A stretch of DNA of 64,000 nt from assembly GCA_051294905.1 (NCBI GenBank), contig CM119371.1, positions 11,720,001 through 11,784,000 on the forward strand, in the 5' to 3' direction. The DNA comes from Botryllus schlosseri. Lineage: Eukaryota. Of the stretch, positions 49,636 through 64,000 are shown piece after piece. The position numbers and the translations under genes were made by a program. The notes beneath the pieces are model-generated. The model made no database searches, was not told where the DNA came from, and worked only from the letters and a program-made list of their open reading frames with translations. Numbering within the stretch: the first letter of the stretch is position 1; each line of letters starts with the position of its first letter.

Positions 49636-51161
49636 ACTACTCCAAGTCGTTTCGACATCTTCCTGTCTTTTCATTGTATCGCATTTTGTGGTGTATTGAA
49701 CTGATAAAAATTGCTAATAAACCTATGATGATGATGATGATCCTAAAACGCACTGAGTGGGAATGCTTCATCTAGATTGGAAGGAAAGGATCATAGGCAA
49801 CCACTGCGTGATCCCTGTATGATCTGGTATGTTGACCTTGCTCTCACCCCATCTCTTTACTTTACATGCCTCCTCTTTACTTAGCCTAGGCCTGGGTGGG
49901 TGTAGATTACCTCAAGTCGTTGAGTTACCTTGCTATCTGATCAAATCAGTAAAGTTAATTAACTCTTAGAGCGCAGATTGCTGTAACCGACATAGCGTCA
50001 ATTTCTGTGACCGCTAGGCAATTGTACCCAGATAGAAATAAGGACTCGTGCATTCATCTTGTATCTCTCATTCAATGATATAAATATATTATTTCTCTCA
50101 TTTGATCACCTCTGCAGAAATCACTAACCCATATTGCTACACATAACTCACATATCCTCACTTTCACTTTCTAGGATTTATTTCGACTACTTTGACACAA
50201 TGAATAAGTAAGAATAAAAATTAGATGGTATAACTTTGATTGTAGCTGTGCCTTTGCCATGTCACATGATGCTGAATTTTTCTCAGTCAGTGGTATTTAA
50301 TATAGTCACCACATAGCTGGCAGCATTAGCATTGACATCAGCGCCATTGTTGTGAGAAGATTTCGAATCGAGGCCAGGGTAATTCTGAGGCAGTCTCCGT
50401 TAATAACTTGAAGCTGGTGGTCATAGGCGTAGGTGCTTTTACTACCTATAGATACAGTACCTGGAACATAACAAAACTGGCATTATCCATTGCAATCATT
50501 TGATAGCTTGGTTATTTGTCTACACTTGAAATGTGCCTGTTTGTTGGTTTTCAAGATTTGTAAGAATAGTTAATGACAGTGTGCGGTTGTATCAACAATT
50601 CGAGAACGCAGTACATGAAACTGAAGCTATAATGAGTAAAAAGACAACATCAGCAAGCTCCCTCAGGACGAATGGCGTCATATCCAAATCAAATTGCCAT
50701 ATACAGTAGGCCTACCTGAAACTGAAGGGGTAAAGAAGACAACATCACCAAGCTCCCTTAGGATTACCGGTATCATATCCAAATCGAATTATCAATGCCA
50801 TGACAATTGCCTTAACCTAGTAATTGTGAAAACAGCACTCAAAGCCAGGAATTTTTTAGCAGAAGCATACGTTTATTGACCTGGATACAACGAGGTAAGC
50901 AATCTATATCAGGAAGATATTTTCAAATGAATACATACTGTGACACATATATAACCTTATATTATCCGAACCATCGAAATCGATACCTCCAGGCCACAGA
51001 GTAATCAAAACAGTCACATCGCCCAACCACTTCTGCCTTGACCACCAGCTTACAGTGCAACTATCAACTTAACCCAAAGATGGCGGCCAATTGATCACGC
51101 AAATATCGAGAGTAGCGCACTCCAGTGTTTATATAGCTCAGTGGTGGCGAAGGATCTAAAC

Positions 51162-53138
51162 CAGTGGTTCCCAAACTTTTTCGGTGTGAGGGCCAAATTT
51201 AGAATTTCAGTGTACGGTCGGGGCCGCACGAATACTACGGCTATAAAACGGACCCAAACAGTCATCATGGGTATTTCGAAGTAGTTTTATTTCCCTAGCG
51301 AGATTTCGAAACTGTACACTGCTTACCGCTACTTATCTGCTGCATTGGGTGTCCGTTGAGTGAATCAGCTTTTCTCGTCTAAACGCGCGAAGCGCGAGAT
51401 ATTTCTTTAGTTTCATGACTGAATCGGTCAATATGATCGGGAATTGCATGTTTTGCTATCAATTTTCATCTTGTCTCTGTTCACGTAATCTGATTTAACG
51501 GTAGAGCTGAGTGAAGTGTGTTTGTAAAGGTATAGGCCCCCTCAATAGGAATTAAACATATCCGGGGGTATACCCGTTGGCAGGAACGTAACAGCACTTC
51601 GTCAGGACCCCGGGCTCCCATTAGGTGATAAACTGACCCCGCATGACGTTGTTCGCTTTTGCCACGAAATTAAAATCGTACTGTTTATTGAGACAGCGCG
51701 ACGCCCGAATATTTAGATAATTCATGATAAAATCGGTGAATAAGATCGGGAATCGAGTGGTTCTCATCTTTGCCCACGTAATCCAATTTGCTGGTAGAGC
51801 TGAGTGAGAGGTGTCTTGAAACTGCAGACCCCGTAAAATTAAACATCTTTGGGCGGGCAGACCACTAGGTATGACTTCTTCACATGATGTTATTTCGTGA
51901 CATCCTGATGTCTGCTATATCAAAAATGTAGAATTGTCCAAACCTACTAAACTGGAAGATCACACGATTTCAGGTTGGTATTTCTTCTGGCATATAATTT
52001 TCTTTCCTGCAGGATGGTATTTGTCCCGTGGGATTCAGATTGCCAAGACAAGAACATTCGGCGCCAGTCATTTAGGCGCCTATATGGACAAATAAACCTA
52101 TATCTATTTTGTATATATAACGAAGCTTTGGTATTTCGAAGTTTTTGGTCATCATAAAAGCAGTCCTTTACGGCTAACGCTTTCTCGCTGCCGATCGTTC
52201 ACACTTCTTGGAGTCACATGTTACATGACCTAAAACTTTATATGTCTTGGTGCGTTGTGGTGCGGTCATGGCCAACGCTGATGGGCCCATTTCTATAAAT
52301 CTTGCGTGTTTTTTCTTGGGGGAGAGTACCCAATAATCAAGATATGCGGCGAATTGAAATCGCGCCCAGCGCGAAAATTTTTTGTAGAAGTTGCATAAAT
52401 TTTCAAAAAATAGTTTATAATTTATGCCAATTCACGAAATAATTTTGGTCCCCCTTCGAGCTCGGCCCCCTAAATTGGGGGGTTTGGGGGACGGTAGTTA
52501 CGGCCCTGAATATAGGACTACCAATTATGCTGCTTTTAGCCGACTAAGCAGTATGCATCTCGGCGTATTCAAACGTGAGTCACGTGATGCACATCTATAG
52601 TTATAGGGTTACCATACATTTGTCCTATTTTTTGATTGTTTTTAAAGTGTCCTCGGAGGACGCCCAAATGTCATCTTTTTTGAGATTTTGTGTTCTTTTT
52701 TGAGTGCTTTGGTTATATATAGGGCCAAATTCGACTGATATACATCAAGTCAGCACTGTAGGAACGCTACGGCGGCTATTTCATAGCTGGACCGGGAAGA
52801 TTTTTTTTCAATGTTAAAAAAAACTGTATTTTCCGGGAGTTGAGCCTCTTTTTTTTTAGTCAAGCGACCACGAGAGAGAGAGATTTTCCTCCGGTTTTGT
52901 AAGTAATCAATACCTATTTATATCTATAGCTACTGCTCGTTCAACTGGAAAGTTAGGGCACATTGCATTGAAACAGCAGTGACATAACGTTAGCAGTCCA
53001 TACGGACAACTTTCCTGCAATTCTATAATTAAAACCATGGAGGTCAAGTCAAGCAAGAGTATTTTATAAATATATGTTTTATTTTTGTCAATAACCGATT
53101 TCCTAATATATTTTGGGGGCCGCACTTGCGAATCACTG
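51162..53138 (+). mobile_element. Second copy of the 25438-27083 hAT MITE family, with nested insertions
   Basis: CAGTGGTTCCCAAAC...GCGAATCACTG with TSD ATCTAAAC. Both ends align to 25438-27083, and ~51335-52508 aligns to the 25870-26807 family. Confidence 0.85.
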
Positions 53139-54329
53139 ATCTAAACTGGGGACGCGATGCCATTATAGTGATCGTTTGATATGCATTTGGTGTTTTCTGC
53201 ATTTATTGCAATAAAAATATTTATTCGCGCCTCGCGTGACATCATGTGAGAAATTTATAAGTCCAAGTAGACTGTGTTGGGTACTACAGCCAATAAGTGA
53301 CATGCAAAGAAAATTGCGTACTCATGCACATGACACTTTTCCTACGTATAGCCGTAAACACCACCTATCAGAGTCCTCAAACTCAAATGTGCTCGCAGGC
53401 CAGTTTCCTTGTTTTTGATGAAGCCGCAGCATCAAATAGGGGTATTTATTATATGTATTTACATAAAGGTCATGGTCCTATCCGGCTGGAATTCCACACA
53501 CATCGTGAAAATCGGATTTACAATTGCAATAATAACGACTGCCACAAAAAAGTCATATTTTTAAATGTTTAAAATTGTTGCACGTGTCATAATTTGTCGA
53601 AATAATGAGTTATCGAGACCATGCGAGAGGACAAATGCATCATGGCATCGTAAAAGCTGTCGCGTTATAATTATGCAGCAGACATTAGATGTGCCACAAC
53701 CATATAGGTAGAATAATTTTGAATATAACAAAAAATGATCCGATATCAGAACACTCGAGCAAGCCTATTCCGGGTTTCGTACATACTTCTTGTAAGTAGA
53801 ATATTGCCGAAGTGAAATTGAATCGGAGGTCGAATGTTGGAACAAAACAACTCAAATACAAAAATCGTGGCATAATAGAAAGGTCCAATCGCTGAAGACT
53901 CCATTGGTGTTACAGCTGTAACCCTAGGCATCTTTAATTGGCGATAAATCATAAATAAATATACCCAAAATGACCCATGATGTAACTAACTATACATTGA
54001 GGGGATACAGATATCCCAATCATCACCATACCGACCTTCTTTGATAGCTAAACGCTGAGCCACACAAACTACGACCTTTTGATAAATTACTATTCTCCAT
54101 GACATTCTCCTCGTATTTAGTGTCCTTAATTGTACCAAGTCACGGCATTACGTGTGAAAAGGACTATACCGTCATCTTCTGGTTAAGTACGGAACCTGAT
54201 CCTGAGTAGTTTGTGCGAACTTGTGTGGTAGGACGAACTTAGCAGTCATGCAGCCACCTAGTGCACCCAATACACATATCTTGCATTTAAAACGTCATTC
54301 TATATCTCTGGATTGATAGCATGCGCTTT

Positions 54330-55415
54330 GTAAGTCTTCCCGTTACCCCTCACTGGTCATTGCACAAGCAAAACAAGTCGCTCAACAATTATCGATATTT
54401 TCAATCGTCGTGGCAGTGGCTTAGCCGATTCAGAGCACGTCGAGAATTGTAGAAAGTTTTACTTCATGGTGAAGGAGGTCAAGTTGTCAAGGAAGACGCA
54501 AAGCTATTGGCTGCACTGAATGATTGACATGTCATAATTGCACGATATGATCCTGAAAATGTGTATAACATGGATGACATGGGGTTGTTTTTCCGTCTGC
54601 TACCTAGATATACCTTGCTTATGCCATTCCAAGATCTAAGCAGCATCCGAGGGAAGGAGAAAGCTAAAGACCGTGTTTCGTGGTCTGTTATTTTTGTTGT
54701 TGTGCAAATGCCACTGGAGCACACAAAATTTCCATGCACAATGTACATTTATTGGGAAACTTAAATCTCCGGCCTGTATATAGGATTGGAGAGGGCCTGT
54801 CAAATATCTTACCGTAAAGCATGGATGGACGTTGACACATGTTGGAAAGGGTTCCAAGAAGAGTTTTATCCTGGAGTAAAAAAGAGAACAGGATGCCTGG
54901 TTCTCTTGTTCTTGGATAGCGCTCTAGACCATTTCCGGTCTTTGAACGGAATAACGTTAAAGTGGATTTCTTTCCACCCGATTTTACTAAGTTGGAAACA
55001 GCCATGGGACATGAAAATCATCGCGGCACTGAGGAAGAGGTACAAATATTTATATCTCAGGGAGGTTTTGGACTTTTACGAGCTTAACAAGACTTTGAAT
55101 GCCCACAAAAAAGAGCAAGCTAAAAGATTACCCAGGGGGACGGCAGGTGTTGCTTGGGAACCATGCGCATTTGCTGGATGCTGCTCACTATGTAAAGCAA
55201 GCACGGTATTACCTATCGGAAGCGTTGGTGGCGTTGATGAGGAAGCTAACTTCATGTCTGAGATTTTGCGCTGTTTTAGGTCTAGTACTATTTCGATTGA
55301 CAAATACGAGCTAAAAGGATTTATGTTTGTTGGTGATGATAATATTGAAGAGATTGTTAAGTTGACGTTCAACTTTTCCCGGCATGCAGTTAATGGTGCT
55401 TGCTGCTTAAAATAA
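54330..55415 (+). pseudogene. pogo/Tigger (DDE_1) transposase pseudogene
   Basis: YDPENVYNMDDMGLFFRLLP, RGKEKAKDRVS, KAWMD, LVLLFLDSA and QPWDMKII occur across several frameshifts. Confidence 0.85.
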
Positions 55416-57428
55416 ATGACTTGTTAGAAAAAGTTGAACCCAGAATTTGTGAAGAATTTTTGCGTACTTATCTGGGACGCGAACTTAAACACGTGCGTAC
55501 CTAACCGGAAGTTAACTGTAATCTCTTTACAACAGGCCTTACAGATATTTGTGCCGTTAGCATTTAGCATTCGATTGTTCCACTTGAAACATTCAGTGAT
55601 GCGCAAATTTCAGATTTTACTTCAGCATTGTGGCATAACGTGGCCCGAGTCGTCGCTGATGTATCGTGTATAATATATAATAATTTACGGAATTATAGGG
55701 CTATAATTAGCGATATGATGTCACGTTAGCTTTCACATAAAACCTTTCAGAAAGGTTCGTATTTAAACGAACCACAAATTTTCAGGGGTTCAATAACAGT
55801 CAATAATAACAAATATTCGAACAATGACACTGCGACTTTTGGACCGCGAAAGCAGCTCAGTCAACAAAATCGATTTCATGCAAGTCACCCAAGGATACCG
55901 GTTGTTTGTTCTCGTAGATAACAGGCAAGCGCATGGGCACACAATGCTACATAGGACATATATATTTACGGAGGATGTACTAACGTCACAAATCGTGTGG
56001 CTGTTCTCATCCTGGCTCGAATATATTAGATATATGTACCATTTAATCCACAAATTTTGAAGTCCCCGCCAATTGTTTTTACGTGCGGACGCATTCATCA
56101 TACAAGGAAAGCTTTCGGGGAATTGTATCAATACAATAACTCGAGTCACTATTTTCAAGCAAGTCTTTAGACTACGACCAGATTCTGTATGGAAGCTGAT
56201 TTTTATTTAAAATGGCGCCATTGTTAGGAATGAGAAAAAGAATTACCGATTCGAAATAGATGTGAATAATTTATGATGTCGTACGATTCGAATCGAACAA
56301 GGCTCGTCGAATAACAATAAAAATCAGATGATTGCAACAAAAACCACGTTGCTTGAACGTTGGTTTTTGGAAAACACGGTTTTGATTGACATCCTATAAT
56401 AGCGATAGCGAAACCTGATAGACTATAATACTAGAACCGGACTCTTCCTTTACTGGAAACAATATGATGACTCTCAAATTCCTTAAATTCCTTAGTACTC
56501 AATACAGCAATCGCGGTTGCCTCACTAAAATGCACGTTTATTCGTATGATTTCGCTACAGATTAGGAATTACCAACCGTGATTGTCGTCTTTTCAAGAAG
56601 ATCTGCACCAACGTTCAAATTGTACTAGCTAAAAATTGACCGAGACTTCCTGCTGCAGCGTAGCGAAATATGAATGCTAGTTTTACCCAACACTCAATTC
56701 AAATAAATATTTTTCCAATGCTTCTATCAACGGATTCCATCACGGCGGTATAGAACTTGACACCTAACTATATATATGATATAAAAATATATATTCACTT
56801 CCTTTTTAGATAGCTTCATTTATAATAGAATTCGCTTCTTATCCAGCTGCCGATACGCTAGAAGCCTAATAAATATCATTACTGCAACTCATTGATTCAT
56901 ATATGGACAACAGTCGACAAAATATACATTTGCGCAAGTCATCGAGCGATAAGGATTGATAAATAGTTTGTTTGTTTCCGTTGATTTCTGAACATTCCGT
57001 AGAAGTGGGCGGGTTGAAAGTGTTACACATTATCTGTATGGCTAGTTGAAACTATACAGAAATGAATGCTCAGTGATTCGGAATACGTCATATGCAGCAA
57101 CGAAGTTTTTCATTCTTGGCAAGCTACTTAGTAATGTAGGAAAGTATCTTTCGTTGTAATACAACAATTTCTAATAATTGCTGGTACCATAATGCGAAAT
57201 GTAACTACTGTTGTAGATCTTCATAGGACACGATTTCGTTTACAGAGATGGAAGTCGGGCCGGGCTTTTCGGGTTCGGGCCGGGTTCGGGCCCAAAGTTA
57301 TAAAAATTATCGGGCTTGAATCGGGCCGAATAGTCACTACGAAAAGCATTGACTTCATATACAAATTTGATTTGCAATTTTGTTCGAAAGTGGCACAACT
57401 ACATATAAGATACACCAATACCGTATCA

Positions 57429-58488
57429 CAGGGGTGGGCAAACTACGGCCCGCGGGCCGCATGCGGCCCGCAACACCGTTCTGTGCGGCCCGCGAGAGTC
57501 TAAAGAAACTTTTTAAAAATATTGATAAAATATATAGCCTCTACTAAATATCGAATTAATGTAGGGACTTGATTAAACTTTTTCTTAGTATATTTCACAA
57601 TTATAATTTTGAGACAATGGCTCCCAAACTGGGGTACACGCCCTCCTTGGGGGTGTAAAGGCATCTAAAGGGGGCGCAAAGCAGAGCTCAACTGAAAAAA
57701 ATTTTCGCGCTCCGCGCGATAGTGATCCGATTCATAATCATTGCTCTGTATTTAGCATGAATTTCATAGTTAGAAGTCTCTCCTCCAGAGTCATAACCTT
57801 CCATGCCATCAAATTATCCGTTATGTTTGCTTGCATCCTGTTTGCGTTTCACCATCATAAAGGGTAGGGGGGCTAACAAGTTTGCGAACCACTGTTCTAA
57901 GGTACATAGCCTACTTCCTATTATAATTTTTATGTTTAATTTCTGGCGCGACAGCTCGATCTCAAGGCCTATGCAGTTTGAAAGGTTTCAACTGGTAAAC
58001 ATCACAGAAATCCTAACCGAAATCGACAATATTCGTTCTCGGTATGCGTAGAGTTGGGGCATTTATATATATTATCTACACATAGTAGAAGTGTGTTTGA
58101 AGCTAACATGGTTATGATGCTGTCAGCATTGTGTGTCCTGGAACCGCACCAAAATTGGAATTAGTAAATCAATGAACAGATCGCTGCTCACAGACTTAAA
58201 TTTCAATCCGCTTCTAACCGACTTTAATCTCTATAGTTTCGACAAATTGGTTATTGAGGTCGACCAGCCGCTGAAATCTCGCCACTATATTTCTGACGCG
58301 AGTACGATATCATCAATGCAATGTTTTGTTTGTTTTGAATAACCACATATATTACCTCCATGTCCTCACTATATTATCAAATACCAATATTGCGTTTTTG
58401 TTTATAATCTCAATTTTATATAGTGCGGCCCGCCATTGGATATAGATGTTCAATGCGGCCCGCAAGCTCAAAAGTTTGCCCACCCCTG
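57429..58488 (+). mobile_element. Charlie-like MITE nested in the hAT element, with a probable further MITE at ~57615-57894
   Basis: CAGGGGTGGGCAAACT...AGTTTGCCCACCCCTG, with 8-bp TSD CCGTATCA. Confidence 0.9.
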
Positions 58489-58993
58489 CCGTATCACGTA
58501 AGTATGGCAATATCTGTGAATAAACTTTTTACGAAGTACGAACCCAGATAAACTTCATTATAAGACGGCCCGAAGACTATGATTGTAATGAAACAATGTC
58601 AGCTAAATAGTAAACAAGCGTCCCAAATACGCCAGACATTGATCATTGTTCAGGCCACATTGTGACGAAAACATGAATTACGGATGGATGGATAACCATG
58701 CTGGAGCCTGGATTACTACCAATTTAGTTTTATTTTCGATGAGGCATGCTGAACTGAACAGCTAGAAGCAGGTGATGAGACGACGGCTTCCGTTGTGGCA
58801 CAGCAGGATTGATCGATAGATGTGTTAAGGCGGTGTTAATATTTATTAAAGAAAGCTTTTAGATGCGCCGCCCATAGTGATTTTGTCGTCCATGGTGAAT
58901 TGCTTTAGGTCTATACGGAAACTAACTTATATTGTATTAGGCTATGTGACAGCGGTAGTATTGTTATATAGTAGGCTACACTAACAGTAAATA

Positions 58994-60650
58994 ATGCAGA
59001 CGATACATGAATTATCAAAAGAATTGCAAAGACATCCAGAACGGTTTACGTTTTCTCCTGCTCCAGGTCGATCAGAGTTTTGGAGGACAATGAAAGTCGT
59101 AGCACGGCGTTGTCAGCCTACTAATGCTGTAATTGGTGTCACGCCGGAAATTTTGACCGGAATAGTTTCATGCGGTGTTTGCAAACTAGTATTAAAATAC
59201 GATTGCCAAAAAACAGGGTCGTCCCATATCAAGCGCCATTCCGAACATTGCAAGCCTGGGCCTCATGGAAAAAAGAAGCAGCAGCTAATGTTACAGTTTG
59301 CAAATAAAACGCTTAGACTAAGCGAATCTGAAAAGCTGGACATAAAAACTGCCGAATTGGAGTTTTGCGTTCGTGGCTATCATGCCTTTCATTCAGTTGA
59401 AAATGACGGCCTGATAAAGCTATTACAGCAATTTGTGAACATGTCCGCGACGCATGGACGTTTTAATGTATCAGACGTGATATATGGACGTAAAACTATA
59501 TCGTTATATTGCAAGGAAAAAGCTGCAGTAATAAGGGAAAGGATAACAGAGGTTTTAGTTGAACCACAGTTAGCCGAAGCCGTCGCAGTAACGTTGGACT
59601 TGTGGACGGACGAATACAAGCATATACGTCATACCTAGACGTACACGTCTTCTGGATTGATAAGTCCTTTGAAATGAAACATCAAGTTTTGGCGGTACGT
59701 CATTTTGGGACTGAACGTCACACTGCTGAAAATATTTCACGGGCTATACAGACTATATTGGCTGAATATGCTATTGATGCTTCAAACATTACGGCAACTA
59801 CCGACCACGGTGCAAATGTGGTCGCTGCCTTTCGAGTAGGAATGTTGGAAACGTCCGCACGCCTTGACTGTATGGCACATAGGCTACACACTTGCTTCTC
59901 AACCATGTGGTCACGGGTATGCACTTCACAGTCAGAATTGCTCGATTACGATAACAATGCATCTTCTCTGGTAAAGTATTGTAATCAAGCCTCCGGTGTG
60001 CAGGAACAACTGCCCGTGTCGTTGAAAAAAGGCTCGTCAACTCGGAGATGGCAAGGCTATATTGATAGAGCATATTCCATCAACGAAAGTTATGAAGCTT
60101 TGGTGCGCATTCTTTCAGAACCACACAGAGACCGCATGCAGCTCATAGCATCTGTTAATCGAAGAATGAACGCGGAAATTTTACAATTCATGAAACCATT
60201 CGGCGATATATTTGATGTTATGCAATTTAATTCCAAACCAACGATAGGCTACGCCGTGCTAGCGTATTATAAGGCGTTTGAACTTGCAAAACCTTGCCAG
60301 AATGACCATCCCCAACTTGATGATCCATTCTCCCAATTTCGCGACGGTCTTGACAGACATTCTGCTCCAAGCCTCGCTTCGTCTGACAGTATCAAGCGAA
60401 ACTTACTCCAGGAACTTCAACGGTACAAGGAATACCAAAATGCATCATCGCACCCCAATCCGCTGGACTTCTGGAGAAAATATGAACGGGACTTTCCAAC
60501 GCTCTCCAGGGTGGCTAGAAAGATGTTTGCAGCCCAGTGCTCAAGTGCGCAATCCGAAAGAGATTTTTCATCGTGCGGTCTGACCTTGTCCCAGATCGAA
60601 CCCGACTGTCTCCAGTAACTGTTGAGGCTATTGAAATAATCAATTCTTCG
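58994..60650 (+). pseudogene. hAT transposase with BED zinc finger; frameshifted and apparently internally deleted
   Basis: CGVC...HIKRHSEHC (BED), DLWTD, TTDHGANV, CMAHRLH, TRRW and PLDFW...SSAQSERDFS. There is a +2 frameshift at ~59622 (CATATACG) and another near 60590. Confidence 0.9.
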
Positions 60651-62685
60651 TATAACGTGTGAATGCAACGCCCTTTGTATGGATGAAAGTTGAATTGTAT
60701 TTTGAACACACTATTTTTTCTCATCTTGGCCAATTTCATTCCTTTATTTCTTTAATTTAGTTTGGTATTGAACCATTTAACCCCTTTGAAGTCTGCGTCT
60801 ATAAATAGACATGGATCTCAAGCCCAAGCGTCGGTAGCAAATTTCTCCGTGTGTATACGTGCTAGTTGGCCAAGGTTAGTTTTTATTGAAAGTCAGCAGT
60901 CTTCTGATTTAATTATCATAATATTTCCAATGCGTAGAGGCCGGCCAATTTATGTTGTTTCCAGTATAAACAATGGCCGCAAGTAGCTTATAGATAGAGA
61001 GTGCCATTAGAGTGGATGTTGTTTTGTCTGACAATGGTCTCACAATGTCTAACGATGCTTTCTGTTCTATCACCAAAAAGTCTAATTTGATTCTTGACTT
61101 GAACACGAATCCTGTTGTTATGAACATTTCATATTGTGAGCGTCATGTATGTACATAGTTTTTAGGCAATTCATTCAAATTTTGTTCATATCTGTTATAT
61201 GATTTGTGTCCAATGACTGTATCGTTGCAGGCAAGGTAGCTACAAGCCGTCGACATTGCGTAGGCATCGCGTAATCACTATTTCAAGAAGTGTTCACTCA
61301 GCCGTGATTACTCGGCATCGCATCGAGATATCAGGCCTACCGAAATTCTGTAAACCGAGGTCATAATTCCACACACTATTTCGAGACGAATAACGGTAAA
61401 GAAATCATTGATGTTTTGTTGAGAAGAGAAGATCATTATCTTTTCAAATAGCAACATGTTTGATGCCGCAGAACAGTTTATCAGGGTTCATCAGCAGTTA
61501 TAAAAACAGAATTGTTGAGGAAAACTTAATATTTTCGCTTTCAACAGCCTATAGCCCTATGATACACCTTGCGGATAGCTTTTTCGATGGCATAATACTG
61601 TAGAGGGCGATCTCCTTGTTTCTATGATACCAAAGACGCCACGATCGAGCATGCAGATGCGACTAAATCTCAATTATAGTGAACCGACTAAAATTCAGGG
61701 TAAAGTTGCAGACTAAGTTAACAGTGGGGCTGTTTTCAGCGTATTCTCATTCAGATATATTAAGCTCTCTTGCCATATGCAAGATTGCTATCGAAAGAAA
61801 ACAAAGTTAGAGCATTGAAAGCGTTGAAATGCTCGAAATTTGAATCGTATATCAGCTTATTTGCTCGCAACAGTTGAAAATTGCTATTTGAACTTGGTTT
61901 CGGGCCGAAACGGGCTCAAAACTCAACCGTCGGGTTCGGGCCGGGTTCGGGCTGAACTTGTCGGGTTCGGGCCGGGTTCGGGTCCGGCTCACCCGGCCCG
62001 CTTCCATCTCTGTTTCGTTATAATAAAGCTTTTTCATGTAAAACTTTGTCATTTTTCAAGTCAATAGAGTTATATCAGGCCAAGCTACTTCGTAACGACA
62101 GACAGTTCCAACCAAAAATGAAGAAACGTGAAACAGATATAACATTATGTGCCAAAATGCCTAATTTACATACACGACGGCAGTATTTTGTCCAAATGAA
62201 GTTTTTGTAGCGTCAAAAATGTTGTAATTTAATTTTTTTCAGTGCAAAATGTTCCGTTTTTAGGTCCAAAATAAAATCACTCTAATTAACACCAGCATAG
62301 TTGCCAAATTCAAGAAACACGATTGACGTTAAAGATGTCGCAAACGGGTGCTATGCATATAGTGGAGGTATAGTGGAGTATCTTAGAAAGGCGTAGGCCT
62401 ACTCCACAATTGGAGCTTATTTCCATGTACAATTCCTTACTGTCAATACAATAGACTTATTTCGAGATAGTTGCAATAATCAGCGGTTGCATACGCGCAA
62501 TGAATATACCATCATACATTCTAGGTCCTTTTCACTATACTGGTGAATGTAATTATTTAGTTGGGTCCTGGGGTTAGAAAAGATAATGGCTCCATATCGT
62601 TTGTATTGGTACCTTATCTCATTAGGCCTTCTCAGCGCAATCCATATATTGCCTTCCAATATAACTTCTAAGATGCAAAATATAT

Positions 62686-62822
62686 GTAATCGTGATCACT
62701 TTTCTAATGTAATCGTAATCGACTACTTCCTGATTTTGCTGTAATCGTAATCGTAATCGCGTCATTCAGAAGTTATCGTAATCGCAATCGATTACATTCA
62801 TGAAGTAATCACCCCATGTCTG
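62686..62822. repeat. (GTAATC)n-rich subterminal region, probably one end of a MITE
   Basis: GTAATCG repeats run up to ...CCCCATGTCTG; no matching opposite end was found. Confidence 0.5.
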
Positions 62823-64000
62823 GTACACTGCAGCCTTTTTCCATCTCAGTGGACGCCTCTAATCACAACGAGGTGAAGGTATTTCGCCGAGTCATCAGAT
62901 TCTTCGACCCCAAACCCTCGTTTAAATACGAAGTATGTGCATAATGATAATCTAATTTGCGACTGTTCTTATTTTTGGGTTCATGTCAATGGCAACCCCA
63001 TAGGTCTCCGTGCATGCCTTGCGTCCGAGGAATGTACCCGCCAATAGAAAGTAAATATGGAGAGCAATACGTATCAGTTTATTAATAAATACATCGTCTA
63101 AAATACCATACTGCGATACTGCGATACAATGAAAAGATAGAGAGGTCTTGAAGCGACTTGGAGTATAGCCCTTAAAATCACACACCAAGAGCATGCTTAG
63201 GCCAGTGCTTCCCAACCCTTTTCAGCGCGCGACTCAATTTTAACCGTTTGGCGCCGACGTGGGTATTTTTACCCATTGCCGGTACGAGGGTAGCGTACTG
63301 TAATAGAACCACTATATATCCCGTTCTAATCGTGCTAGGTCGCTGCTGTTCATTTCTGCGGATAGATATTGTTTGTGCAAGTTCATTGATACAATATTAA
63401 TTTATATATATTATATCTAAGACGTCGAAATCAGATATCAAATACTGTAGATAAATATGTTGCAAAATACACTGTCTCGGCAACGCGCGCGTCATTGACC
63501 ACTCTCAATTAACGTACTGTATGTTTTGTTCTAGCCGTCTTAGAGCATAGTTGTTTCTTTCTGTGAAAAGTTAGTGTCCATACAAGTTCACACATATCTT
63601 CATATCTGATATTAGTTACATATAAGGTGTTCAAAATCTATGTGATAGGCCGCGTGACAAAGATATCCGCAGACCGCATCATTTCGCGGAAACGCGCATT
63701 CCCGATACCCATCATATACCCTGCCGTCTATTTGGTTTTATTCATCATAGCCAGTTGTTGTGGTTTGTTTCTATGAATAGTGCTTGTCAGCTTCTGATTT
63801 GCTTGCTAAAACAACTATACTAGTTATGTCTGCATCGCTCAAGGTGGCATTTGAAAACCGGGAAGAGAATTCTCGCAGTCTACCGTACCAGCTTCAAGCA
63901 AATGGATGAATACTGGTCACATAACGGGATATGTGTCGAGTTCTAATAGTGATATACCTTCATAGATTGTGTCTGTGAATAGTTGTTGCCTATACGATTC

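Larger units (their letters stand above)
57243..62012 (+). mobile_element. Full-length-like hAT (Ac/hobo/Hermes-type) transposon
   Basis: TIRs CAGAGATGGAAG and CTTCCATCTCTG, TCGGGCCGGGT subterminal repeats at both ends, imperfect TSD TTTCGTTTA/TTTCGTTA, and an internal transposase. Confidence 0.9.

Noticed and set aside
51075..51143. Possible P-element terminus (CAAAGATGGCGGCC...TATATAGCTCAGTG)
   Set aside because: No matching opposite end or TSD was found, so it could not be tied to the THAP9-like fragment.

Overview
AT-rich, transposon-dense eukaryotic DNA, most likely from an invertebrate animal (spliceosomal GT-AG introns, some only ~53 nt; the prokaryote-style ORF track is mostly noise). 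Two structures dominate. (1) A 15,428-bp near-perfect palindrome (7143-22570; 7,691-bp arms, 46-nt C-rich spacer). It begins and ends with AGTAGT, is flanked by a 6-bp target-site duplication (CATATC), and splits the GIY-YIG ORF of a Penelope-like retroelement. These are Polinton/Maverick hallmarks, but I recognised no Polinton core gene; each arm instead carries one frameshifted ORF bracketed by inverted arrays of ~200-bp repeats. (2) A minus-strand NLR-type gene (NACHT plus short LRR-like region, at least 24367-44138). Its upstream exons include a duplicated module with RHIM-like, putatively amyloid motifs, and its introns contain MITEs, a SINE and a BEL/Pao LTR element. The rest is nested DNA-transposon debris (hAT, P/THAP9, pogo/Tigger, Mutator-like, piggyBac-, Kolobok- and Sola-like), a 1.74-kb tandem duplication and a minimal hammerhead ribozyme. 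Family assignments come from recognising motifs by eye; no database searches were run.
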